Source: a virus (Duplodnaviria; Caudoviricetes). From it: a stretch of DNA of 33,438 bases. The notes beneath the pieces were generated by a model. The model did no database searches and was not told the DNA's origin. It saw only the letters and a list, made by a program, of their open reading frames with translations. Numbering within the stretch: the stretch's first letter is position 1; each line of letters begins with the position of its first letter. The position numbers and the translations under genes were made by a program. Below, in pieces: positions 8,036-16,438 of the stretch. The stretch spans positions 1 to 33,438 of IMG/VR virus record IMGVR_UViG_3300020458_000012, one strand, 5' to 3'.

Positions 8036-8234
8036 TTGAAGCTTGATGTCTCAAGTTGCTCAATTCTCTATTTGATTTTTCAAGTGCCAACTCCAATAAT
8101 CCCTTTTCATGGATAAGCTTGACGTAAAGCTTTGTCATTTGATCGGCTTCCTTCTCTAGCATGCTTGTGTACTCTAGTAATGAGATTCGCGGGGCATATT
8201 GACGATGTCGATCGGTTCTCGGTGTATCGCTCAT
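8013..8234 (-). CDS. Small coiled-coil protein with MSDTPRT N-terminus
   Basis: 73 aa; shares the DTPRT start with 31768..31992. Confidence 0.65.
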   Translation of the reverse strand: MSDTPRTDRHRQYAPRISLLEYTSMLEKEADQMTKLYVKLIHEKGLLELALEKSNRELSNLRHQASIDRDDKK

Positions 8235-8239
8235 GGTCT

Positions 8240-8491
8240 TTATATTTTTAGAAATGATGGTGATCCGTATGCGGTCGCTAGGAATGTTGTAAGTTCCTGA
8301 GCATTTTCCTGGGCAAATGCTACTGCTGCATTGTAGTCTTTCAATTCTTCGGCAATGCTATCCTTTTCAGCCGTAGCTATTTCTAAAAGTTCAAATGATA
8401 ATGTTGCCTGGCAGGCAGCATAGGTTGCATTCGCTAGCAGGCGTTCACACTCTTTCATGTATTCTTCTCTTGTCATAATTTTATCTCTCAT
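8240..8491 (-). CDS. Hypothetical helical protein
   Basis: 83-aa ORF, first gene after the 8543-8575 promoter. Confidence 0.65.
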   Translation of the reverse strand: MRDKIMTREEYMKECERLLANATYAACQATLSFELLEIATAEKDSIAEELKDYNAAVAFAQENAQELTTFLATAYGSPSFLKI

Positions 8492-8542
8492 ATCTTTTTT
8501 ATTTATTAGTTAATTTCAGACTGTCTGCCTGATTCAAGGTCA

Positions 8543-8575
8543 ACTTTACGTGCCATAATTCGGTTGTCAATACAA
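8543..8575 (-). promoter_or_regulatory. Sigma70-like promoter
   Basis: TTGACA-N16-TAAAGT in intergenic DNA, within the shared TTGTATTGACA motif. Confidence 0.65.
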
Positions 8576-8580
8576 GTTTG

Positions 8581-10194
8581 CTAAATAATTAAAATACTTC
8601 CATTTCTTTCTACCCCGTAGGCAGCAATCTTCAGATATTTGCCTTCATACCGGACTAAAATCTTCTTCACAGACTTCATAATAAGCGCTCCATCACACTT
8701 ACTCAGCATATCGGACGCGCTGTCATACACTGGTAGGGACATATTGCAAAGCCACCGATAAGCCTGAACGCTTCCATATCCGTCATGATCCAGGCATAGC
8801 CAGTGCCTTGCCAGCATCATGCCACAATGAAATTCGATCAGGACTGAATCAGGCTTGCCGGCCTTCTTGTGTAGTCGAAGTCTGACTCCATCTACGGCAG
8901 CCCATTTTGGCTCATTTAGTAGCATCCCTGACTTAGATTTTGCGGCGTGCATAATCTTCTCACGTTCACCTTCAGCTTCAAACATCTGAATTTGCCTTGA
9001 CGGGATTTCCCACCCACACGATGGACACACCTTAATGACACGGCTGAACACATTAGAGCATTCATCACATGTCGCTAATTTCACTTCGCCTGAATCGTTA
9101 TAATCAATAGGCCCGTGCCGTGTTATGTTATCTCCATAATCAAGAATCAAACAATCCTTCTTGCCCTCAAATAATCGCAATCCACGGCCCACCGCTTGCA
9201 CCCAAAGCCCCTTACTTTGAGTTGGTCTAAGCATTCCCACACAATCGATTCGCTTCACATTTAGACCCTCACCGAAGCAATTGACAGAAAGCATCCAATG
9301 AAGATATCCAGCCCGAAAAGATTCAACGATTTTATCTCGTTCCTTAATCGCTGTTGTTCCTAAAATGTAAGGCGCATCTATTCCATATTTTCGCAATTCA
9401 TTTTTAACATGTTTGCAGTGTTCAGTGTCGATGCAGAAAACTATTGTGCTGTTTCTCTTTTCATATCTCACTTTCAAGACAAGATCCTGCACTGCCTGAG
9501 ATATAACATCGGTCTGATCGACTCGAACCGAAAGCTCCTTTAAATTGTATTCACCTGCCGTCTTTTTCACTCCTGTTAGATCAAGATTTGAGTGTTCGCC
9601 TTGTACTGTACGAATGTTCGACAAATACCCTTGTCTGATCAAATCGCCAACATTTGATTCATGACAAATGTGGTTCAAGATGTGATCTTTATGACAAATC
9701 GGTCCGCTCCCTAAACGATATGGTGTTGCGGTCAAACCGACGATACGAAGATCCGGGGTCCGAGCTTTCATAGCATCAATAAATCTTCGATACTTTCCCT
9801 CACCTCTTACCGGTATCCGGTGTGCTTCATCAATAAGTAATACATCTTGAGGTGGAAAATCCCCGGCTTTCTTCGAGACACTATCAATTGACGCAAACGT
9901 AATTGAATGAAGTGTTTCTCTTCGCTTGAGCGATGCAGAGAATACCCCGATTGAAAGAGAGGCATCAACACTCTGTAATTCCAAAGCGTTTTGCTCAACT
10001 AGTTCTTTCCGATGAGCCAAGACCATGATTCGCATTTGTGGACATTTCTCAATCCACCTATGGATCATTAATGCCATAACGAGCGACTTCCCTGATCCTG
10101 TCGGTAAGACAATGGCAGGGTTATCGCTTCGTTCTGCTAAGGCCGCATTGACGGCTGCAATAGCATCTTCCTGGTATGGCCTAGGGGTGAGCAT
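8581..10194 (-). CDS. SF2 DEAH helicase with zinc finger (RadD/YejH-like)
   Basis: PRPYQ Q-motif, LPTGSGKS, DEAH, TAT, QAVGRGLR, CDEC/CPSC. Confidence 0.92.
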   Translation of the reverse strand: MLTPRPYQEDAIAAVNAALAERSDNPAIVLPTGSGKSLVMALMIHRWIEKCPQMRIMVLAHRKELVEQNALELQSVDASLSIGVFSASLKRRETLHSITFASIDSVSKKAGDFPPQDVLLIDEAHRIPVRGEGKYRRFIDAMKARTPDLRIVGLTATPYRLGSGPICHKDHILNHICHESNVGDLIRQGYLSNIRTVQGEHSNLDLTGVKKTAGEYNLKELSVRVDQTDVISQAVQDLVLKVRYEKRNSTIVFCIDTEHCKHVKNELRKYGIDAPYILGTTAIKERDKIVESFRAGYLHWMLSVNCFGEGLNVKRIDCVGMLRPTQSKGLWVQAVGRGLRLFEGKKDCLILDYGDNITRHGPIDYNDSGEVKLATCDECSNVFSRVIKVCPSCGWEIPSRQIQMFEAEGEREKIMHAAKSKSGMLLNEPKWAAVDGVRLRLHKKAGKPDSVLIEFHCGMMLARHWLCLDHDGYGSVQAYRWLCNMSLPVYDSASDMLSKCDGALIMKSVKKILVRYEGKYLKIAAYGVERNGSILII

Positions 10195-10225
10195 CCTCTT
10201 GGTAATTGTATCATATATTAGTGGA

Positions 10226-10498
10226 TTAAATCGCCCTTACATCGCCCCGGACATTGCCCCCGACGATGCCCCGGACATCGCCCCGGACATTGCCCCCAAC
10301 ATCTCCCCCAACATCTCCCCAGACACTGCCACCGACGATGCCCCGGACATCGCCCCGGACATCGCCCCGGACACTGCCACCGACACTGCCAACGACATCG
10401 CACCGGACATCGCCTTTTACAGTTTTAACGTAACCTGTGCCATTTTTGTCCCGATCGAATTGAACAAGCTCCATCATTTCTTCTCGTGTAATTTCCAT
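10226..10498 (-). CDS. Tetrapeptide-repeat (G-x-V-x) protein, probable beta-solenoid
   Basis: About 15 consecutive GDVR/GSVG/GNVR-type units encoded by GC-rich 12-bp repeats (~10230-10420). Confidence 0.75.
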   Translation of the reverse strand: MEITREEMMELVQFDRDKNGTGYVKTVKGDVRCDVVGSVGGSVRGDVRGDVRGIVGGSVWGDVGGDVGGNVRGDVRGIVGGNVRGDVRAI

Positions 10499-10626
10499 AT
10501 TATTATTGATTATTGGTTATTGGTTATTTTATTCTGTGTAAATTGTGTCGGCTGGATTATTTAGGCTGATTTTCATTTAACGACCTGAACAGCGAGACAG
10601 GCGCACCGACTTCACTTATTCCTAAG

Positions 10627-11103
10627 TTATACGACTGCGACCGTGACCGCCCCTTTGCGTGGTGTCACAGTTACCCATTTTGAAATGCGCCCAAATTCCA
10701 TAGGGTCGCGCGTTCTGAGTAGCTCATATTTAGCTACATCAAGATCAGTCTTCGTGGTGACCTTTAGGTAAGAATCAGGCATTTCATGCCCCTTATCGAG
10801 TTTGTGAGATACGCTAGTTTTTAGCGTGATCTTCAGTCCGTTATCAGTATTCACAGTTTTGCTTCCAGACTCTTCAAGCTCATATCTCTCTAAGATTTTT
10901 TCTTCAATCTCAATGCGTCGTTTCTTTGCTTCGGCCTCTTCATATCGAGCAGCAACTAGGGCTGAGGCGTAAGCTTCAATCGGAGCTTTGGCCTCTTCAT
11001 ATCGAGCAGCAGCCATTGCTATTGCTACATCTTTTTTTATCTCTGGCAATAAATAGGAAGCAATGTCGTCTAAAGAGACTACTCCGGATAATGAATTGCT
11101 CAT
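10627..11103 (-). CDS. Hypothetical protein of the recombination module, with an internal AARYEEA duplication
   Basis: ATGA overlap with SSB gene; coiled-coil N half and beta-rich C half; 22-bp repeat at 10933-10954 and 10990-11011. Confidence 0.7.
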   Translation of the reverse strand: MSNSLSGVVSLDDIASYLLPEIKKDVAIAMAAARYEEAKAPIEAYASALVAARYEEAEAKKRRIEIEEKILERYELEESGSKTVNTDNGLKITLKTSVSHKLDKGHEMPDSYLKVTTKTDLDVAKYELLRTRDPMEFGRISKWVTVTPRKGAVTVAVV

Positions 11104-11654
11104 TTTTGGTACCCCGCATCCCATGGCATGAGTGTTTTACCAGTAGCAGGATCAAAGTTCTTCACTTCCCCGTCTACCTGGACTGTTATGCCCTCTTTCT
11201 TTGGAGCTTCGACTAATTTAGGTCCTGGGACGTAACCTTCGCGCACCATATATTTCTTGATTTTGATCCCCATTGTCCCGTCTCTTTTATCTTTCACGCT
11301 GCCAACTCGAGCGACGAAATTCTCACCGATCAAAGCATCTGTATCGGTTAAGGTGGGATCGCAGATCGCCAACTTCAAAGAATAGAAGTCGTTTCGTCCA
11401 ATTCTCTCAGCCTCCGCGCTTTCATGTTGCAAAGTAAACCATCCGAATAATTTACGTCCTCCATGCTTATGATCGTGAACGTCTCCTAATACATTGAAGG
11501 TTATGTTTAACCCTTTCCCTTTTTTGTTATTGGTTTCCTTGAAAATTACGTCCTCAATTTCAACGTAGTAATCGCCAAGGGGCAATGGGGAGTCGTCAAA
11601 CTCCTTATGGTCTGCGGGATCAAACTGGTCTGTGTACTGTGATATGTCTGTCAT
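11100..11654 (-). CDS. Single-stranded DNA-binding protein (DUF669-like)
   Basis: PLPLGDYYVEIEDV OB-fold start, PW near the C-terminus, directly downstream of the Sak4-like gene. Confidence 0.8.
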   Translation of the reverse strand: MTDISQYTDQFDPADHKEFDDSPLPLGDYYVEIEDVIFKETNNKKGKGLNITFNVLGDVHDHKHGGRKLFGWFTLQHESAEAERIGRNDFYSLKLAICDPTLTDTDALIGENFVARVGSVKDKRDGTMGIKIKKYMVREGYVPGPKLVEAPKKEGITVQVDGEVKNFDPATGKTLMPWDAGYQK

Positions 11655-11677
11655 TATTTTATACTTTCTTTATTTTT

Positions 11678-12457
11678 TTATTTATTAGTTTGAGCCGCTT
11701 CTGATACGGCCTTTGAGAAAACCTCCCACTTGAAATCCATCTTATACGGCAACTGCCCATATACCCCACGTCCGCCGCCTGGATGTCCTGGCCGTTTCTG
11801 AGTGTAAAGGTAATGTTTCCCAGACAAATCCATGCCGATATTCTTCTCTTTCTTGTGTGCAATCTCTTCCTTCCTTACAGTTGTTTCAGAGTTAGCAAAA
11901 AGAATACAGTCAGCCCATCGTTGTAAGGCTAGGTTCACTTTTTCATGTACGTCGAACTGATATTGATCGAACGATAATCCGAGAGGGTCATCGAACCGTT
12001 TTACTTTAACATGTCCGATCAATATGATGCTAATTGATTTTTTACGGATCATGTCAAAGCCGGCCATAAGTTCGTGCCATTTATTGACTGCCGCGACATA
12101 TCCTTTGCCCCATCCCTTATCATATTCTTCGATTGTTTGCACATTGCCTTCGCGGCATAACCCCCGCCATATCACAGGTTCGAGTGCAGAAACAGAATCA
12201 ATGACAAATGTCTTATGATCATGCTCTTCTTTAATGATCGTCGTCATAGCTTCAAAGACGTCTTCGATCTTTTCTGCGGGCGGGAACTTTGCGACATCTA
12301 AACCATCAATGCCTTCTTCGCCTGCGATCGGCAAAAAGATTGGATTGTCTGCTTCAGAAGCAAAGGTTGATTTTCCCACCTTCTCAACTCCCAGCAATAT
12401 TATTCTAGGGGCTTTGTTTTCAACCCCTTTTTTTATGTCTGCTAATTCAAAGCTCAT
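11678..12457 (-). CDS. sak4: Sak4-like AAA ATPase / ssDNA annealing recombinase
   Basis: Walker A GVEKVGKST, Walker B FVIDS, GWGKGY, ILIGH, WADCILFA. Confidence 0.88.
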   Translation of the reverse strand: MSFELADIKKGVENKAPRIILLGVEKVGKSTFASEADNPIFLPIAGEEGIDGLDVAKFPPAEKIEDVFEAMTTIIKEEHDHKTFVIDSVSALEPVIWRGLCREGNVQTIEEYDKGWGKGYVAAVNKWHELMAGFDMIRKKSISIILIGHVKVKRFDDPLGLSFDQYQFDVHEKVNLALQRWADCILFANSETTVRKEEIAHKKEKNIGMDLSGKHYLYTQKRPGHPGGGRGVYGQLPYKMDFKWEVFSKAVSEAAQTNK

Positions 12458-12621
12458 AGTGCCCCCCTTTTGTCTTCAATTAAATGAATAATTGGTCTGT
12501 CGCCCCTTTTGGAAACGACCTTCAATTGGAAAATACAAATATTTTCCTTGTCTTGTAACTCTTCAATTATGTCTTCGATCTGCACTTGAGCATCACGAAT
12601 TTCCTCTCTTTTATCACTCAT
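12454..12621 (-). CDS. 55-aa hypothetical protein (not in ORF track)
   Basis: MSDKREEIRDAQVQ...DKRGAL; AGGAGG SD; ATGA overlap with sak4. Confidence 0.7.
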   Translation of the reverse strand: MSDKREEIRDAQVQIEDIIEELQDKENICIFQLKVVSKRGDRPIIHLIEDKRGAL

Positions 12622-12751
12622 AATTTCCTCCTTTTAAATTATCTATTTTTGGTTTAAAGAATCCTCGCTTGACTTCCCGTCTTCGCAACATCCACGACGA
12701 CATTTTTATTACTATGCCCAATTTATTATCTTTCTTCTTTTTCATTCTCAT
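12614..12751 (-). CDS. 45-aa basic hypothetical protein (not in ORF track)
   Basis: MRMKKKKDNKLGIV...GGNYE; fills the gap and overlaps the next start. Confidence 0.5.
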   Translation of the reverse strand: MRMKKKKDNKLGIVIKMSSWMLRRREVKRGFFKPKIDNLKGGNYE

Positions 12752-12781
12752 TTTTTACCCTTTGTTCGTAGTTGTTTTTAC

Positions 12782-12982
12782 TTAATCTTCGTCCCCAGTC
12801 ATTCTGACTCCGACCCAAAGACAGAAGGCCATCATTAAAGATACCCCACAAATCTCAATCATTTTGACTAAATTTTGTGAGACATACCCCAAACCAAGGG
12901 AGGTAATTGAACAAAATGTTGCAAAGATTAACGTATATCCTATTATTTTTTTATATATCATAATTCTTTTACTCATTTTCAT
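12782..12982 (-). CDS. Small two-TM membrane protein
   Basis: Two hydrophobic segments; overlaps the end of the exonuclease gene. Confidence 0.65.
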   Translation of the reverse strand: MKMSKRIMIYKKIIGYTLIFATFCSITSLGLGYVSQNLVKMIEICGVSLMMAFCLWVGVRMTGDED

Positions 12983-14261
12983 TGTTTTTATGGGTAGTGT
13001 CTTCTCGAATTTCAGCAGCGTTTCCGAACATTATCACGCAGCAATGCGGATAAAACTCAGCCGCAGTCCAGCCATCCCCTTCTTGCGTTTGATTCGGATT
13101 TCCTATAGGGACTTTATACCTCCGTTGAAATTCTTCCTGAACGTCACGGGCATACCCCTTCCAGACAGACTTCACGTTATCAAGCGATGAAGAGTAGCGA
13201 GCTTCAAGGTTTGATCCTTTAGCACCCGGCTTCTTAGGATTTGGCAGCGTGACAAGATTGCGCGAGGTGTTCATTAAAGCATAAGAGTTGAACTGCCCTC
13301 CGTCCGTATCCGATCCATGGTGCCAGACTGTACCATCCTCACTTGTAAACTCAATCGCAGTTGATCCGTCTTTATTTGAAAAAGAGTCTGTCGGCTCTGC
13401 GAAGTTTATCAGTCCGGGAAGGAAAATATGATCCTCACACGGGGTCCCGTCAATCTCCTTTGAATGATGGTCACATCGCCACTTGCCGTCCGATATAGGA
13501 GTTGAGTGTGAACAATTGCGGCAATGTATTGCCGGAACTTTCACGGCCACCTCAGAGACCCCGTGGCAAAGTTCCCTTGCATCGCAAAACTTACACGCAA
13601 ACGAATCAACCTTCTCACTAATCCGAGCAGGCGGCGAAGAAGCGTCAATTATACTCTGAGCCTTGTCGATATACCCCTTTGCTCGCACACTATCATAGCG
13701 AACCCGCTCTGAATAGAGCTCGTCGGTATCTTTGTTCACAACTAGATACAAGGCTCGCTTAAGACCGGTCAGGTGCATATAAACCTGCATCTGTGCTAAA
13801 TGCTGAGGCTTTTCCTTCTCAATGCCCTTAGATTTAATCCTAGCAAATATCTTCGAACTACTTGTTTTCATCTCGAGCAAGTGCCAGGTCTTGGGAGCTT
13901 CGAGTAATCCCAGTACCGCTCCATCTGTGTGACCTAGGAAATGACCATCGCACGCAATCACTTTAAACTGATTTCCATTCTCGTCGAATTCGTGCACTTC
14001 ACATCCGATCCCACGCAATTCCTCAACGAAGCGAGCTTCTTCCTTGTGCCCTCTATTAAAGAGCCTGTACATACGTCCGTCAAAGGAAGGCTCAGAACAC
14101 TTCCTAAATGAATACCAGAGTTCGCGTGAACATTCTATTCCGATTGAAGAGGCTCCTAAATACCCTCTGGCCGGTTCGCTATCACCGCGAGTCTTCCAGT
14201 AAGCTTTAATGGCCTGCACCGTTTCCGATTGACTCGGTAAAATATCCGGTAAGTTTGTCAT
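12969..14261 (-). CDS. Cas4-like PD-(D/E)xK exonuclease with Fe-S cysteines
   Basis: YLGASSIG.ECSR, GHTDG, LLEMK, QMQVYM, CKFC...C, CRNC. Confidence 0.88.
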   Translation of the reverse strand: MTNLPDILPSQSETVQAIKAYWKTRGDSEPARGYLGASSIGIECSRELWYSFRKCSEPSFDGRMYRLFNRGHKEEARFVEELRGIGCEVHEFDENGNQFKVIACDGHFLGHTDGAVLGLLEAPKTWHLLEMKTSSSKIFARIKSKGIEKEKPQHLAQMQVYMHLTGLKRALYLVVNKDTDELYSERVRYDSVRAKGYIDKAQSIIDASSPPARISEKVDSFACKFCDARELCHGVSEVAVKVPAIHCRNCSHSTPISDGKWRCDHHSKEIDGTPCEDHIFLPGLINFAEPTDSFSNKDGSTAIEFTSEDGTVWHHGSDTDGGQFNSYALMNTSRNLVTLPNPKKPGAKGSNLEARYSSSLDNVKSVWKGYARDVQEEFQRRYKVPIGNPNQTQEGDGWTAAEFYPHCCVIMFGNAAEIREDTTHKNNENE

Positions 14262-14326
14262 TTAATTTGTATTTTATAGTATGCATTCTCTGTGCATATC
14301 TCTAAACAAGATGAAGATTCTCCATT

Positions 14327-14337
14327 TGTCAATACAA
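14327..14337 (-). promoter_or_regulatory. TTGTATTGACA element at the head of the early/replication operon
   Basis: Shared 11-mer in the intergenic region upstream of the exonuclease; -10 not evident. Confidence 0.5.
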
Positions 14338-14386
14338 ACTACGAACTTTTTTACTTTTTCTTGAACTGTTCGATTTTATCGAACAG

Positions 14387-14962
14387 TTACCTGCGCTTCT
14401 TCTTGACCATGTGCACTCGAAAAAACTGATCACCGCCACTGGCATCATAGCCACCGGGACGTGCAAAACTCCATGTTTGCAAGTCAGGACTGACTTGCAT
14501 GAACACCTTGTAGGTTGCCGTGGGGTCATTGTCATCGTAGGGGAGGGGGATACCTCCCGATTGGATTCCGCCCCTTGTAACCTCTATCAGCGTGAGGTAT
14601 CTCAAAGTGGGCGGAGTTGTTGCATCCAATGAGCCGCGGTTTGTCAGCGTTATAGAAACTGGTCCAAGTATTATATAATCGCGTCGCGCGTCATCCCCAT
14701 TATCCGTGCCAATAAGTGGCAAGAAATGAGTATCGTTAGCAAAGATAACCTCTAGATAGGCAGTATCTCCATTCCCTGCTATTGAAATTACTTCCGCGAT
14801 GTCACCCTCGGCTAAGACTATAGTTACATCGGAATGTTCTATGGACGTGACACTTTGTGAGGTGATTGCCACCCCATTAAGTTGCAATTGTATAAGCTCA
14901 GCTGTACATACAATCGGGAAAAGAATTACAGCGAGAAAGGTGAGAAGATAAGATTTAATCAT
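14387..14962 (-). CDS. Secreted protein with a Verrucomicrobia-style C-terminal motif
   Basis: Signal peptide; C-terminal VSPDLQTW...PGGY...FFRV resembles the S(T/P)DLxxW...FFR tail I associate with verrucomicrobial exported proteins. Confidence 0.7.
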   Translation of the reverse strand: MIKSYLLTFLAVILFPIVCTAELIQLQLNGVAITSQSVTSIEHSDVTIVLAEGDIAEVISIAGNGDTAYLEVIFANDTHFLPLIGTDNGDDARRDYIILGPVSITLTNRGSLDATTPPTLRYLTLIEVTRGGIQSGGIPLPYDDNDPTATYKVFMQVSPDLQTWSFARPGGYDASGGDQFFRVHMVKKKRR

Positions 14963-15602
14963 TTTGATAAGATTGAAGAAAAATCTGGATACGGGAAAGC
15001 ACTTTCTTCCGGTAGCAAGTTTTTTTTAAAGCGCCAGAGTGCCCCGGCTTCATTATGCCGAGGTGCTCGTAAGTGACATTGACATATCGGGAATCATTAA
15101 AAGCAGATTCTTCACTATACCCGACCCGACCCATATCCCCCCAGGGATGGAAGCTGAGCCAACTAGCAAGCTGCACTACACGATCACTCATTGTCGAAAA
15201 GACCAGTGCGCCCAGTATCTGTGGAGCGAGTTGGGTATCGCGATCCAACGCGGGATTAAGATACACAACCGTAGCAGGCTTTTTTTCAGCACTTCCAGAA
15301 AGATGCCAACTGGCAAGGTTGATCAAATTACAGCCGTCTGAATGACCGACTAGAATATCGCCCGGCTTAATCATGCGTGCGAGGCGTCGGGCACGTTTGG
15401 CATTACCCCACCGCACGCCAGCTAGAAAGCGCCAGCCGGTATCGAACTCCAACACCTCAAAGCCCTCATCCTCAAAGTGCGAGCGCAAGCCGTCGGTTGT
15501 GCCTTTACCACCATCCTTTACATTGAACCCGTGGACAAGTATCACATGGCCAGAAAACTCCTCAAGTTCACTTAAAAGCTTTTCCTTTTCTGGCGTTGAC
15601 AT
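14955..15602 (-). CDS. Alpha/beta hydrolase (serine esterase/lipase)
   Basis: VILVHGF oxyanion region, GHSDG nucleophile elbow, LNPAL, candidate Asp in SDRVV and His in GHSG; no signal peptide. Confidence 0.85.
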   Translation of the reverse strand: MSTPEKEKLLSELEEFSGHVILVHGFNVKDGGKGTTDGLRSHFEDEGFEVLEFDTGWRFLAGVRWGNAKRARRLARMIKPGDILVGHSDGCNLINLASWHLSGSAEKKPATVVYLNPALDRDTQLAPQILGALVFSTMSDRVVQLASWLSFHPWGDMGRVGYSEESAFNDSRYVNVTYEHLGIMKPGHSGALKKTCYRKKVLSRIQIFLQSYQND

Positions 15603-15605
15603 TCG

Positions 15606-15974
15606 TTAATCGGGCAATGGGTTAGCTGGCAATGGGTTAGCTGGCAATGGGTTAGCAGTTCTCGCAGCGAGATTTACTAAAGCGGCTACTGAATCTTTTA
15701 GAGCGATCGCACGATCTGCACTTGCTTGTTCTCGAATTTTATCTCGTTCTGCTTGAGCGTAAGAAGCTGATGAAGCATCAGCACGAACTTCTATTTTCTC
15801 AATGATTCCAGTCTTTGGATCAGTTCCAGTTCGCGAATAAAAAAAATCCTTCTCTGAACTGTAACTGAAGACTGTGGCCTTATCTATTTGCAGTTCGACC
15901 TTTGTCTTAATCGGACGTGAGGATTGGCAACCCGCAAGGAATGTAAATGCTACTAGTATAATAATCGTTTTCAT
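15606..15974 (-). CDS. Lipoprotein, o-spanin-like candidate
   Basis: Signal peptide with lipobox LAGC (Cys16); Pro-rich tail ANPLP x3 from 15-bp repeats at 15613-15656. Confidence 0.7.
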   Translation of the reverse strand: MKTIIILVAFTFLAGCQSSRPIKTKVELQIDKATVFSYSSEKDFFYSRTGTDPKTGIIEKIEVRADASSASYAQAERDKIREQASADRAIALKDSVAALVNLAARTANPLPANPLPANPLPD

Positions 15975-15985
15975 TTAAAATATCT

Positions 15986-16282
15986 TTACTTTTTTCCGAT
16001 TTCCATTTCCTCTGGTTCCCATAACAAAAGCCTTCCTTCAATCCGAGCAATCCCTTCACCGTTTCGAGAAACTCGATCAAGAACCAGTTCCATTTTATCA
16101 ACCTTTGATTGCAAATGTTTTATTTCAGCATCTTGCCTTACATCCTTCTTAGTTGATTCAGAAATTTGACGAACTAAATCGCTTCCAAATGGCACGCCGA
16201 TGGCCAAGCAAAGCATTCCAATAACTGAAATCACAGAACACGCATAAATCAATAAACGCTTTTCTGGATTTGAATTGCTCAT
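15986..16282 (-). CDS. Single-TM coiled-coil protein, i-spanin- or holin-like candidate
   Basis: N-terminal TM helix followed by heptad-rich segment (EIKHLQSKVDKMELVLDRV...IARIEGRL). Confidence 0.6.
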   Translation of the reverse strand: MSNSNPEKRLLIYACSVISVIGMLCLAIGVPFGSDLVRQISESTKKDVRQDAEIKHLQSKVDKMELVLDRVSRNGEGIARIEGRLLLWEPEEMEIGKK

Positions 16283-16392
16283 TCTATCTTTCTTATTCTT
16301 CGAATTTCCTTCTTAACAATTTTTTTAGGTGCTTTCTTCACGATCTTGCTCGGCGGCCTTCTCGTTATTCTACGCATTACTTTTTTAGCCAT
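16279..16392 (-). CDS. 37-aa highly cationic peptide (not in ORF track)
   Basis: MAKKVMRRITRRPPSKIVKKAPKKIVKKEIRRIRKIE; A-rich leader; ATGA overlap with the next gene. Confidence 0.65.
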   Translation of the reverse strand: MAKKVMRRITRRPPSKIVKKAPKKIVKKEIRRIRKIE

Positions 16393-16438
16393 AATGATAA
16401 TTTAATTTGAGGTTTTTTGTATTGTAAAAATTTATTTA

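Noticed and set aside
10025-10564. 179-aa plus-strand ORF with APDI repeats and 61-aa CPGR-repeat ORF
   Set aside because: Shadow frames of the 12-bp repeat; the minus-strand 10226..10498 frame has a proper leader and matches genome orientation
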